From: Lama guanicoe
Taxonomy: Eukaryota
Length of the DNA: 64,000 nt
Assembly: GCA_013239625.1 (NCBI GenBank)
Contig: MU057344.1
Location: 1,552,276 to 1,616,275 of the forward strand
Reading direction: 5' to 3'
The position numbers and the translations under genes are program-made. A model generated the notes under the pieces. That model was not told the DNA's origin, searched no databases, and saw only the letters and a program-made list of their open reading frames with translations. The stretch's first letter is position 1, and every line of letters begins with the position of its first letter. This document shows, piece after piece, positions 48,786 to 61,224 of the stretch.

Positions 48786-50855
48786 TGGACGCACCCCCTA
48801 TGCCCCCCAGAAGGACTGCCCGTCGCCATTGTCCTGCGCCATCACCACGTCACTGCCACATTTACACCAGGGACAGTGGCCGCCATGGAGGGACTCCCAT
48901 CCGGTCGGAGACTCAGCCCGAGAAGCATTCTTTAACAAGTGTGTCCTCCCAGAGGGGCCGCGGGCAGGGGCTGAGGAGCTGGACGTGGCGCGGCCCTGGG
49001 AGCCGTGGTGGGAGCTCCCTGGGCCCGCGGGAGGACACAGCCCAGCTGGGTGTAGATCCTTCCTGAGGGGGCAGGCTGCGTGGGGTCCGCAGCCGCTGAC
49101 CTCCAGGGGTCACCGTCTCGGCCTTGACCTGCCAGCTCAGACTGCGTCCCGCAGTGTCCAGAGGGCAGGAGGGTGCGGCTCAGAGCCGGGCTGGCATGGG
49201 GGCGGCCCTCCGCCACGCCCTGGGGCCCCAGCCCCGCTCCTAGGACAACCCTGGGCCGTGACCGGCCCGGACAGCCCTGGCGCTGCCCATGGGGGCCTCT
49301 TCAAGGGAGGGGCCTTGGAACCAGCCTTCAGCCCCCTCTGGACCCAGACACTGGGCTTTGGGTGGAAAAGGCAGCTTCAGCGGTGGACGGGAGAGGGTCA
49401 GAGAGAGGTGCGGGCTTGAAGGCCCAGAGTAAGAGGTCAGCAAATGAGGGCGCTTGGTGACCTCTCGGACCACAGGCCAGGCTTCTCTCTGGTTTTGGGA
49501 GCTGCGTGGCGGGGAAGCCCCATCTGGGCTTCCTCCTGGAGGTGTGTTTTCAGATGTTTCAATAACAGACGACTTGGAAGGGAGAGAAACCTTCTGGGAC
49601 GCATCTGTGACACCGAGCAGAAAGTCTGGTGCCCTCGGGGGACACGCCAGAGCTCCAGAGCTGTGAGCGAATGGACGTCTGTGTGTGTCTCCTCTGGGCG
49701 GACTTCTTGGAGAACAGAGGGTATTTATTTTAAGAGTCGAAAAAGATGTTTTGAGCAACCCCACTTAGCTCAGTCCTGGCATGGAGACCCGCAAGAGAAG
49801 CAAATGCTGGAGGTCAAACCTCGCTTTTTTGGCTAAACCGCTTAATCAAAACACACCTAATACTTCTGCTGGTGTGGAGACGGGGTTGAGCGCAGAGGCG
49901 GCCGTTGCCAACAGCCGGCCGGCCCGCGGCGCGTGTGCTGAGGGCTCAGCGAGCAAATTAAAGAGGTTTTTCAGCAAAGCGGTGGCTCTGGCAAGAGGAA
50001 GGCCAGGAAAGAGGCTCCAGAAGGGGCGCATGGGGCGGGTGTTTGCCCGAGGTCAGCGGTGGGGAAGAGCAGAGGTAACGCCCTGCACACCTGCGTCAGC
50101 GGGCTGTTGTGTCGGTGCCATTACGTCGGGGCAGGTAGAGATGCTGCGGGAACAGGCAGCCCCAGAGCCTGACCCTGCCCCACCCCCGGGACGTTGCTTC
50201 TTTCTTCAGAGTCGTTGGCAGAGGGCTAGGCTGCCGCTGGACGGGGGTGTCCGTCCCGCTGGGCTGACGCCCCCACCACTCCCTGCATCCCGTGACTGGG
50301 AGACCTTGTGTCCTGCTCGCCGTGGTCCTATGGCTGTGCTTCAGGCCAGCCGCGCTGCTCCCCCCAACCCCCGCCCGACCGATGCCCATGGCTCTGTGCG
50401 GTCTCTCTTGCTTGGTGTGTTGCGCTGGCGTCTCGACCTGTTAGGGGCAGCGTGGTTTGAATGTCCACGTCCACAGCTCCTCTGACCACAGGCTCCTGGG
50501 TGGGGTGGGCGGAGGCCGTCACTGAACCTGGGGCACAGACCTCGCCAGACTCTTCCCGGAGGGAAAGAAGGGCCTTGACACGGCGTGGCCGGTGGGCCTC
50601 CGGGGCTGCTCCGTCCCATTTGGCCACTTCATAGCAGCTGACGGAGGACAGTGGCTCTGAGCACCCTCAGCCCACGTCCTCTGGGACAGTGGGGCTGGGT
50701 GGACGGCTGTCTTAAAGGACAGTGGAGAGCAGAGGGGAGGGCCGTGTGGTGCTTGTGATGTGCCCGCTGGCCAGGCTCTGCCTGGAAAGTTTCTCCTGCT
50801 GGTTTTTGATCACGGGTATCTGGGTAAATTGGGAGTGGTCTGTGTGGGTGACTCG

Positions 50856-50954
50856 GACACAGGGCCTGGAGCCGGGGGGATGCAGGGCCTGGAGCCAGGG
50901 GGACATGGGGCCTGGAGCCGGGGGGACGCAGGGCCTCGAGCTGCGGGGACGCAG
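50856..50954. repeat. ~23-bp G-rich minisatellite, ~4 copies
   Basis: Units of the type gacgcagggcctggagccggggg. Confidence 0.85.
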
Positions 50955-51617
50955 CCTGCTCGTCTTCAGAGAGAGGGGCTGAAGGGGGAGCAGAGAACAA
51001 GGGAGGCCAGGGCCCCCCAAGTCACAGTGAAGATGAACTGGCCAGGAGCTGGCCTGCGTGGCACAAATTCCAACGAAGGGGCTGTGGGCGGGGGCGGCTC
51101 CCACAGGGGCCGGCAGAGGGTGCTGGGGGCGGAGGCCTCCCGCTGGGTCTCCCACAGAGATGGCCCACACCTCAGGCGAGGGGAGCTGGGCTCGGGAACC
51201 TGTCTCCCCACGGACACAGGAGGCCGTCCCTTCCAATCAGGATTGGTGGAGGGGTGGAGCCCAGGAGGCCAGGTCCTGCCCCTGTGCACCTCTCTTGGGA
51301 CACCAGGGAGACAAGAGAGAACCTTCCTCCACGATGCTGCCCACAACAGGCAGAGCTGGGAAGGCCCAGCTCTGGTTTCCGCTCAGCCTTTGACTCACAT
51401 CAGGTCCGCGGCGGTTTTTATGCTGGTGGAGGCTCGCCAGCCCATCTCCCCGCCTCTCGGGAGCGGTACGGGGTCAGGGTGTCTGGGGGTCAGGGTGTCT
51501 GGGGGCCCGGGGTGCTGGAGCTGAAGCAGGCAGATTGTGCCCAAGGATGAGCCCAGAGCTTGCTGCCAGCGCAGCCCGGAGCCCCCTTGTCTCCCCGAGG
51601 CAGCTTCTCCCAGTGCC

Positions 51618-51655
51618 GAAATTGGTGACCGGCGCTGAAATCGGTGACCGGCGCT
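51618..51655. repeat. 19-bp tandem duplication (1 mismatch)
   Basis: gaaattggtgaccggcgct / gaaatcggtgaccggcgct. Confidence 0.85.
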
Positions 51656-52118
51656 GTTGGCGATCAGAGGCATAGCTGGCGTGGGCACGTGACCAGCCGG
51701 GCCGGCCGAGAAAGCCAGCTCGCCCCCTTCCTCAGGACAGTTGCCTGTGCGCAGCGTGCTCGCCAGGGCTTCGTGGCCCCTGCACCTGGGCCGGAGGGTC
51801 CCTGGAGCCCCTTCCCTGGAGCCGTCCCCGCAGCAGAGTCGCTGGACGTGGCGTCCCCCAGGTCGTGAGACCCGGCCCTCAGATGGCAGGCGCTGGGTGG
51901 GCCTCCTCTGTCCGTCTCGCGAGGCAGGACCCGGGAGGGGCCGCTCCAGCGGGTGCGCCCCTTCTGTGCTTTTGCGCAGTGTCCTGGGGCTATGCTGCTT
52001 TGAAAAATCAAAGCACAGATTTATCCCTCTGGCTCAAGCTCCCCTCCTAAGGGACAGGCTGGTGAACCACAGAGCTCAGGGCCCACAGTGACTGCGTCCG
52101 GGGAGAGGGGCCTGTCTG

Positions 52119-52238
52119 CCTCCTGGGGAGCACGGCCCCTCCTGGGGAGCGCAGCCCCTCCCCTCCTGGGGAGCACGGTCCCCTCCTGGGGAGCACAGCC
52201 CAGCCCCTCCCCTCCTGGGGAGCACGGCCCCTCCCGGG
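52119..52238. repeat. Minisatellite, 5 copies of cctcctggggagc(a/g)c… with variable spacers
   Basis: The core cctcctggggagc occurs five times. Confidence 0.9.
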
Positions 52239-54055
52239 CACTGCAGGTTTTCCTGGGATCTCTCGCCTCCTGTCCCGGCACTGACTGAGCCTCCGGCCAG
52301 CCCTCTTGGCTCTGGGTTTGAGAGTGAAAATCAGACAGGCAAGGGGGCAGCCCGTCTGCTGCAGAGCTCAGCCCCCAGCGTCTGAGGGCACCTCGTCTCC
52401 CCCACGGCCTGTCCAGCCCAGGCCCAGCAGGGACCGCGCACCTGGAGACCGGGTCTCTCCCTGGGAGACCTCCCTAGTGTCTCTGTTGGTCCCTCTCCTG
52501 CCTCATTCTCTGTTTTCGCTGCTAGTCGCATTCCAAACCACAATTTCAGAATCTATTAAAAGAAACATAAAATCCCCAATTGGTTAGAATTCTCAACATT
52601 TAAAAATATGACTTATTGTTATTACAGCTGAGCCCGGGCAGCTCCGCCAGCGTTTTGGAACTCAGCATCCTGGCCCGCTGACCCGGCCTGCGTGGGCACT
52701 GGCGGGCACTCTCCTCCACGCTTGTCATTTGAAAAGACAATCGTGTCATTTTAAGAGGAGGAGAAACAAGGCCGCTGGATTTGACTCCACGTCTCATTTC
52801 ATTTTTCAAATACTAGGTTCCGCCTTGATTTCTCTTCCTATGGAAATGACACGGCCATGTGTCTCCATGTCTGTGCACCGCACTTGTGATCCAGAAGGGA
52901 AAACCCCTTTACACAGCTAATTTGTCGGCTTGCTTAGCTCAGAGAGTGCTCTGGGACCTGTCGCTGAAGTGCCACCCCTCTGGAGTGGAACTTGCTGGTT
53001 TTTAGGAGACGCCAGCCAGGCAAAATGCTACATCTCTCCAGAGCTGAGCCAAGGAAAGCTCTGAGTTGAAACAGTCTGGTGGAAGAAAGATCCAGGATGG
53101 CTGGCACGTTCTTTCCTCACTGTCCCAAGCCAGTGTACCTGGGCAGGGGGAGAGCAGGCATCCTGCACGGCCCACTGCCCACTGCTGGGGGAGGGGCATA
53201 CCCTTGGCACATGCGTGACGCTGAAGCCACTGCTTCTCTGCCTTGGCCTGATTTCCTTTGAGAAGCCTCCTCCAAAACCCACAGAGAAATGTCCCTTTCC
53301 CAGGGATCAGGGGTAAAGAACAAGCTAGAAATGGTGCCACCTCTGATTTTCCAAAACAGCAGAACCCAACAGATGGTGTCAGCTCCCCTCCCTGCCTGTC
53401 CGTCTCCTGTCCCCTGCCCCTTCCCCACCCACGGCCTGGCCTCAGGCAGCAGTGCAGGGATGCAGCTGACCTCTGCCCTCTGCTCTGGCCTCCACCACGT
53501 CTCTCCCTGTGGCTGGTGTGGCCGAGTCCCGGGCTGAGCCCGCTTGCTCCCCTGAGCTCTGTCTCCCACGCTGGGCTGTGAGCCCCACGCAGGCCGGGCG
53601 GTGCGTCTTCCTGCTCCCCTGCGGGCGGCACAGCACACACGCCCAGTCACCTCCAAATACGGGCCACTCGGTCACGGCAGAACTCGGAAGTAACAGAGGC
53701 TGTCAGAGGAGTCCAGCGTCTCCGTGGCCCCATCGCACCGTTGCTAACAATATGTGGGGTGGGCACTCAGGCCCCTACGAGTGGGCCTGTTCCCAGTCAC
53801 TATGGGACGAGGCTGAGCCACACGAGGTGGCTCTGTCCCTACAAGGGCCCAGCTGCCTTCCCGGAGGACAACGTCCCTGTGCAGCAAACGGGGAGGCCAA
53901 GGACCCCTGTTCTCAAGAGGGCTTTGGTTCACGCTGCGGAGAAGCCGCTAGCCCCACCCTCACCATCTCGGAGGACGTCTGCCACCCCCACGACGTAGGA
54001 CTTGAGAACTGCACTTTGTCAGACACTAACAACCCCTTTCCAAATTGTTTTGCAG

Positions 54056-54106
54056 CAAATGCTGACGGACGGGGAGGTGTCGTCGCAGGAGGGCTGCATC
54101 CAGAAG
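54056..54106 (+). CDS. PRDM16: PRDM16 coding exon 3 (51 nt, QMLTDGEVSSQEGCIQK)
   Basis: Acceptor is ttgttttgCAG (AG 54054-54055), branch point is CACTAAC at 54024-54030, donor is AAG|gtagga (54107). The peptide matches human QILTDVEVSPQEGCITK (recalled) and continues exon 2 in phase 0. Confidence 0.96.
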
Positions 54107-54762
54107 GTAGGAGAGCCGGCTTGACCCTTCTCCCCTCCGTCGCTGGGCGCCCCCTGGGGCGGCGTGACCGAGGCTGGTCGAGCGCGCGCAGAGCGGCGTT
54201 TCCCGAGCGGCCGGGGGCTGCTGTTCTCACGGTGCGGCAGGTGGGGGCTCCCGTCTCGGAGCCACCTGAGCTCGGGGGACCAGGCGAGCCACATACCCGC
54301 GGGAGAGCTTCTGGCCAGGCAGACGCGTGGAAAGGAGAGGCACAGGTTGCGTTTATTTGCCTGTCTTCACCGGGTACTCGCAGGAAAGAATGTAGAGCGG
54401 AAAAGACACTACGGGCGGCAGACTCAGCAAAGCCTTTCGCTGGTCTCAGCCTCCTCGCAGGGCTCAGGCGTGGCGCTCAGTGAGCAGACCGCCAGGTGAA
54501 AGGCAGTGTCGACGTGGGCGCCGTCCCCTGGTGATGGATGCGAGCGGGTTGACAAACATTGGCTCTAACAGGTCCCGAGAGTGAACCAGACCCAGAAAAA
54601 TGCACACATCTGCAGAGGCGAGCACACACTCACGGCAGGCACGTTCCTGTGCGTGCACACTGCGGGCTCCTCGGCCAGCAGGGGGATCGGGCGCAGAAAT
54701 CGGCTCCAAAACCCAGAGGCCATTCCTCAGACAGAGCTCGGCGTCTAGAGAATTCGGGCCGT

Positions 54763-54842
54763 CCACGTACACGCACGTGCACGTACACGCACGTGCACAC
54801 CAGACACACGTGCACACGGACACGTACAGACACACACACACC
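54763..54842. repeat. CA/CACG-rich low-complexity tract
   Basis: cacgtacacgcacgtg x2, then acac repeats. Confidence 0.85.
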
Positions 54843-56073
54843 ATAGCTGCTGCGGGGTTTTGGATCTTCCAGCAGAATTAGAACAGCATTTTCTCTCCAG
54901 GCGTCAAGGCTTCAAAGCGCCACCCAGACTAAGCGGAGCGAGCCAGAGCCCCCGCGCTGCCGGGCCGCGGCAGGAGCACGGCCAGGCGGCAGGGTCGCGG
55001 GTCAGCCCCGCGCTCCCACGTGGCAGGTGCTGCCGCCTCGGTGTCAGTGCCTGCCCGGAGCTGCGCTCATGGGGGTGCTGCCCTCTCTCCTGGGGGTGGG
55101 GTCTCAGGGACACCATTAGTTTGCCTTCCTGTCACCCTGAAGGTTCCTTTTTAGGCCTGGAAGTGAAAAGGAAGCAATTTGTTGGTTCTGCCAAACTTTG
55201 TGAGCTCCCTCCTGCGCCTGGCTGGATGGTTAGGTGTCTGGGGGAACTTGCGTCTGGGGGGACCTGTGTGTAAGGGAAGGGGGCCTGCCCTTCTCACCAA
55301 GTTCAACCCCAGAGACAAGATTCTGGAGAAATCCGTGCAATGGGGGACGTCGTCTGACCCTGTGGTGACCTCCTGAAAGGGTGACCTCTGGCAGGGGTGA
55401 CCCTCTGACCCCGTTCGTCTTCGTAACGGTGATCTGCGTCTGGCCCTGGTGGGACCCTTTTGTCTGAGCAGACGCTGAGACAAGGGCGCCCTGCCCCTGA
55501 GTACCGTCCAGACCCCCCAGCCCCCCTGCACCCCGCCATCCCTCCCGTCCTGGTCTCCCCTGTGTTCCCTGCTGAACCACACAGCCCGCGCCACTCTCCG
55601 CCGCCACCCCGCTCCAGTCTCTGCGTTCCCGTGTCCTCCTCCTCCCTGTGCGCCTGCCACGGCCCCTGTCCCCGCGGCTCCCCCGCAGGTGCGCTGCGCT
55701 GCCCCGCGCTCTGGTGGCACTGAGACTGTGCCCGCTCGCCCAGGTGTGCGCCCCGGCTGCACCTGCGTGTCCCCCAAAGTCACTTTGTCTGAGGTCCGCT
55801 GCCTCGCCCTCCGTGCCGGGACCCCTGGGACTGCTCGCCCATCAGACTGACTCTATTTAGTCTCTGTTTACTTAGAGGGGAAGCCCGGGGCTCCTGGAGA
55901 GCAAACATCTGTGGGAGATAATCTAGTGAGTTGTCCATCCATCACTCGGGTCGCCTGGCTCCCTGGAGAGCCCGCCGGAGCCTGTAATAAAAAGGCCGGG
56001 CGAAGAGGCTTTGGGGACAAATAAAGAGCCGTGTTAAGGGCCTGCTGAAAATGGATGGAAGACATTATAAGGC

Positions 56074-56205
56074 NNNNNNNNNNNNNNNNNNNNNNNNNNN
56101 NNNNNNNNNNNNNNNNNNNNNNNNNNNNNNNNNNNNNNNNNNNNNNNNNNNNNNNNNNNNNNNNNNNNNNNNNNNNNNNNNNNNNNNNNNNNNNNNNNNN
56201 NNNNN
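56074..56205. other. Assembly gap (132 N)
   Basis: Run of n. Confidence 1.
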
Positions 56206-56539
56206 TGAAAGAATTTTGATTCAATCTCTTTGGTGATACGGAAGGGGAAGCCCCAGGCCCCCAGCGGCCGCCCCATTGTCTTGCTTTATCTTGTTTTCTT
56301 TGACCGTCTTGAAAAGGAAGGACGTGTTAATACAGTACGCGGAGGGAAGTGACCTTTCTTCTTTTATTTCTCTTTCGTCTCCCTCTTTCTCTGCCCGCGC
56401 CGCCTCCGCGCCTCCAACACATAAATCCATCAGGGAACTCGCATCAGTGGGGCTGGGATCGGAGCCCGGGAAGGTGCCCCTTCAGACGCTTCACAGACCG
56501 TGGCCGGCCCAGCACGCGCGGCAGGCCAGGGGTGGGGAG

Positions 56540-56790
56540 GCCCGAGGCTTCGAAGGAGACTCAGAAATAAATTGAGTTCACAAAGCCCTGGTGCTGAGGA
56601 CGGAACGTGATGTTTCCATAAATCTCTCCCTGTTATTACGTACAAAATGCTACAGGTCATGAAAGTCATCTGATAGCTTCGCCTGGCGTTGTCCAAGCAG
56701 GGTGATTGATTGATAATTATGATAATTTGTGAAATGATTATTTGGATGTTAGGACCACAGCCTGTCCCACTGACAAAATGCCTCTGGGAA
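56540..56790. promoter_or_regulatory. Candidate PBX/HOX-type enhancer in intron 3
   Basis: TGATTGATTGAT (56703-56714) followed by ATAATTAT/ATAATT within an AT-rich island. Confidence 0.45.
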
Positions 56791-59700
56791 CGGGCGCCCC
56801 CGTCTCCTGGGGCCCCCCAGGGCGGCTGGGCGGCCGCTGAAGGATGAGCCGGGAAGCCGGGGGAGCGCCAGGGGGTGGGAGTGGACTCGGACAGGCAGCC
56901 GCCGCGTGTCTTTTGTGCAGCAGCGACTTGAGAAGCCTGCACAGCTCCCCGAGCTCTAAGCGAGGCTGCAGCCAGCTGTGCCTTGCAGGCTCGGGGCCGA
57001 GTCCTGGCCTCACGGGCCAGTTAAGCTCAGCACACACCGCGGACCCAGGCGTCTGTGATCGGTGTCGCCTTCTGTGGTTTATTTCCTTTGCATTACTTTT
57101 CCCCTGGAGGACAAGGAGCCGTGAGCGCGCGTGGCGGCCAGCTGGTCTCACGGGGACCAGAGCAAGCATGGTTGTCCCTGCCGTGGTTTGCTTGTGTCGG
57201 CGAGGTTAGTTGTTGGAAATCTTTGCTTTTCCTCTTTCCCTCCCCGCCAGCAACACTCAGGGGCCGCCAAGGTGCTGCAGCGTACCTACAAGGCGCTTTA
57301 CTCCGGGAAAGTCACAGCAGAGCCCCCCGCCCTAAGAGCCCGGCCCTCCCAATTAATAATTTGCATGTGAGATCGGTTATGTCTTTATGAAATCAAAGTG
57401 TGTTTAGCTGCCTCGGAGACAGCGCTGAGTTGATTTTGATAATCTCAGGCTGAATAGACTCGCTTCGTTCCAGTAAAGCCCCGGACAAAGGCTGGACAGT
57501 GTCTGAAAGCCCTCCGGAGACGTGCCTCCCTTTCCTTTGTCCGGGGCTGCTGATAAAAGAACCGGGAGTCCATTAATTCAGTGAATGGACACACAGCAAA
57601 GTCAGTCCCCTCCTGAGAACAGTGATGTTGGGGTCAGCCTCGGCTGCCATGGAAACTAAGTGCTCCTAAGAAGTTTGCATCCTTGATTTTGCTGAATCAA
57701 AGGCTGCAGAGTGGAGAGGTGTAACGGGGCCAAGACGCGGAAAGTCGGAGAGCACCGCCCCTGCCGGTCCCCTTCCCGCGACAGCTCCGGGCCGGTGGCC
57801 CTGGGGACCCTCGGCGGCCGCCTGGGGACCAGCCTCAAGCCTGGCTCTTGCCCCTCCCTCAGGCCTCCTTTCCACAACTGCAGCTGCTCATCTGAAGAGG
57901 CCCTTAGGCCCGACTCTGGTGGCTCAGATGCCGAGGGCAGAAAATCAGGCCTGAGGGAGGAGCCGCAGCCTGGAAGTTCAGGTTCCCTCCACCTCAGCGC
58001 CCCGGGTGGACTCTGCCCTCCGGCCACCTCGCAGGGCCTGAACTTGCCCGGGGGCAGGAGGGCGGGTGGCGCTGCGGCCCCTTCCCAAGCAGATAAGGGT
58101 GATTAATGGGCCAACAGCCGTCCTGTGACGAGGGGTGAGTATGGGCAGCGCCTGGCGGGGTGACAGTGTTATAAACGCAACCCTTTTGCATTTTGCCCCT
58201 GCCAACGGAGCTGACTTGACTCCCCCCACCCGCCCCCGAGGACCTCTGAGATCAGCGTAAACCATCAGATCAAGCTGGCAGACGGCAGGTGACTGGCTCC
58301 TGCGCAGTGAGGAAGTGCCTCCTGCAGACCTGCGTGTCTGCGGAGGGCCTCGTCTTGGCCGCGCCGGCCCTAGTGGGCCCACCTGAGCCTGAGACCCTCG
58401 CTGGGCGGGTGGGAGGAAAGAGGTGGGGCTTTCCTCTGTTTTGCTGGTGAGAAAGCGACAAATGAGGTTTCCTTTCACACACGGAAGCGTCCCTCGTGGA
58501 AACGCCTGAAAGGCCGCCGGGCTGCAGTCTGGGGTGGAGGTCCTGGGGGGGCGCGGGGTCCAGAGCCCACCCGGCAGGCAGGGCCCCCTCCTCGGGGTCT
58601 AGCAGCAGTTCCTGTGGGCGCGTGGGAGCAGGCGACACGGGGACTCCCCTCTGTGGTCAGGCCCTCCCCCGCCCTGTTGACCCTTTTGCCCAAACTTCAC
58701 CCTTAAGCCAGGGCAGACAAACGTCACCATTTCAAAGAACGGATTCAGAACTTGAGAACGTGCATCACCCGGAAAGTAAGCTTTGTCCTCACCAGAGACC
58801 CAGGGAGGCCGGGCTGGGTCCACCGGCCCTGCCCAGCCCAACCCCCGCCCTCTGAACCAGGCTCTGCCCTGGCTGGTGAGGCCCTAGGCCTTGAACTTGA
58901 ACTTCGGCATTCCTGTTTCCTCCCCTGCAAACAGGGAGGTAATCAGGGCCCCCAGCGCCTGAAGGCCCCGGGCACCGAACGGGTGGAGGCTGGGCGCAGC
59001 GCCGGGCACCAGGCTGCTGAGTGGGCCCGGGCACTGTGGCCGCTGTTGCTGGCATGGGACGCGGGCCAATGTTGCGCTGGGGGCCCGGCCGTGGGAAAGG
59101 GAGCCAGGCCCCGCGGCAGACACCTGACTCCGAGGTGGCAACATCGCCACCTGCAGCAGGCCGGAGGTCACAAGCGTGGTGGCCGCCCAGCACCTCGGGG
59201 TGTCCTGGCGGCCCACGCGGACGGTGCTCAGGAAGGTGGCCGGGAGAGCTCGCCTCTGCAGCCACCGAGTAATGGCGAGGATTTACTGTCTACATTAGCA
59301 GCTTTGTAAGGGCCAGATGGTGGTGTCCATAAACCCCGTCATCTTCAGGTGGGTGCGATGGAGAGTTAATTAAATTGCGCCGCACTATTAGAGGAGAAAA
59401 ATATATCAGCTCGAGGCCTCCTTCGCGTCCCTGCTTGGCAGGCAGCAGCCGGTGTCACTGGCGTGGGGGCGCGGCCTCTCCCCTCCCGCGCGCAGGGACA
59501 GCCACAGGGCCCCCTGCTCTGCAGGCCCTGCCATCGGGCCATCTGGGCGCTTATCTTCACTCTGAGCGTAAGGCCAGCTTCTGGTTTTACACACATGGCA
59601 TCAAGCTGGCCCGTCCCTCTCCAGGGAAAAGGCCGCCCACGTGGGTGCTGTGGCCCCTTGGGGCCCCTCCCGCACACGGTCACCTCCAGCAGTGCCCGCT

Positions 59701-60790
59701 TCTCTCTCGGGGTGCCGGTGGAATGCCCAGGCCTCCAGGAAGGGCCGGCTTCCTGAGGTCCCCTCACGCCTCTGCTGGTGTCCCCATAAAGGTCTTGGGG
59801 GGCCAGGCTGTGTGCCTGCAGTCATGCAGTTTCCAGGCAGGACCCTGGGTGGGCCCTCGGTCCTGAGAGTGGGGAGCAGAACCTCCCATTGCTTCTCCTG
59901 GCCCAGGACCGTGCGGGAGCTTGGAGGGCCGCATCCTCCCCGCGGGGGCTGCCCTCGAGGCCCGGCTGGCTGGCAGGCGGAGACTCGGGGAAGGCCGAGT
60001 CCGCTCCACCTGCCTGAGAAGCCGGCTGCTGCCTGGCAGGCGCCTGCGCCAGGCTTGGGGATTTGGCAGGTCCCTGACTCCCCTGCAGTGCGGCACTGGC
60101 TTCCTGCGTGTGTGGCCCAGGTGTGCGTGGGGAGGGTCCCCGTGGGGCCTGACGGCGCCTGACCCTGAGCCTCCAGCCTCTGTGGCAACCCCCAGAGCAG
60201 CTTCTGCACTCACGCCGCCTGCCGCTGGGCACTGACCAGCGCTCAGCCTTGGCTGGTGGGAGGGGCCGGCGGGGCCAGGGCAGTGGGCTTCCTGGAAGAG
60301 GTGGCACTGGAGCTGGCACACAGCCGGTTCCCAGGTGACAAGCTGAAGTCAGGAGAACCACCTGAGGTGTACGGGAAGAGAACAGAGCCCGTGGCAACAC
60401 AGGGACACTGTGCACGTGGAGGGAAAAGCAAGGCAAGCGCGCTTCTTATCGCCCTCCTGCAGCCTGCCTCCGCCCCGCCCCCTTGCCGTGGGTTTCTTGG
60501 GTGCCCCTGACCTTTAAGGGTGACCCGCTCATCCTCGGGGGGGGGCTCTGGCCTTTGGTGCAGAGCTGCCAGGGGGAGTGATGCCGGGTTAGGCGCGGGC
60601 GGTGTCCTGGGTCCCTTCGCTGGGAGGGGTCCCAGAGACCCTACATCCGCCAGTGAGACCAGAACAGGCCTGGCCGCCTGTGCTGGCGATGAGACTGGTG
60701 AGTGACGCAGTGGCCCAGGTCGGCAGGACCCCACCAACCCACCTGACCCCGGGAAAGAGGTGCTGGCGTCGCCAGCGTCAGAAAGTAGGT

Positions 60791-61216
60791 CCAGCCTGGA
60801 CGGACCTGGGGCTGATGGTCCCGAGTGAAGTCGGACAGACAAAGAAAAGCACCGGACGATGTCATTTGTGCGTGGCATCTGAAAAAGCACAGGGGTAGAC
60901 TTACTTATGACTCAGAAACAGACCCAGAGACGTGGGGAACAAACCTGTGGTTACCCGGGGGAGGGTCGGTGGAGGGGTAGACTGCGAGTCTGGGATTGGC
61001 AGATTCACACTGCTGTATGTGGAGCAGGTAAACAGCAGGGGCCTGCTGGGCCGCACAGGGAGCCACGCTCAGCAGCTCGTGACAACCCACGGCGGGAAAG
61101 ATTCTGAGAAAGAATGTATGTGTGTATGCATAACTGAATCACGGGGCTGGACCCCAGAAACTCACGCAGCATTGCAAATCGGCTCTACTTCAGTAAAGTA
61201 AATAGATAAATAAATA
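60791..61216 (+). mobile_element. L1 3' end, artiodactyl-type (end of ORF2 and 3' UTR with A-rich tail)
   Basis: tggacggacct…agtgaagt…cagaaacagac…aacaaacctgtggttacc…gcacaggga…tgcataactgaatcac…gaaact…tacttcagtaaa and the tail aaatagataaataaa are colinear with ungulate L1 3' UTRs. Confidence 0.85.
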
Positions 61217-61224
61217 TTAGGAAA

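Larger units (their letters stand above)
992..54055 (+). other. PRDM16: PRDM16 intron 2 (~53 kb, includes one N gap)
   Basis: GT at 992 to AG at 54055, between two exons that join in frame (…FGWE|QMLTD…). Confidence 0.93.

Noticed and set aside
51874-51892. CTCF-like motifs (also ~19900, ~33200, ~63001)
   Set aside because: Only partial consensus matches, frequent by chance in GC-rich DNA.
52119-52238. Repeat with variable spacers, superficially CRISPR-like
   Set aside because: This is a mammalian intron. The spacers are only a few bases long and related to each other, so it is an ordinary minisatellite.
53509-54483. 324-aa ORF spanning exon 3
   Set aside because: It reads exon 3 in the wrong frame (…NADGRGGVV…). 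The real peptide is defined by the splice sites.
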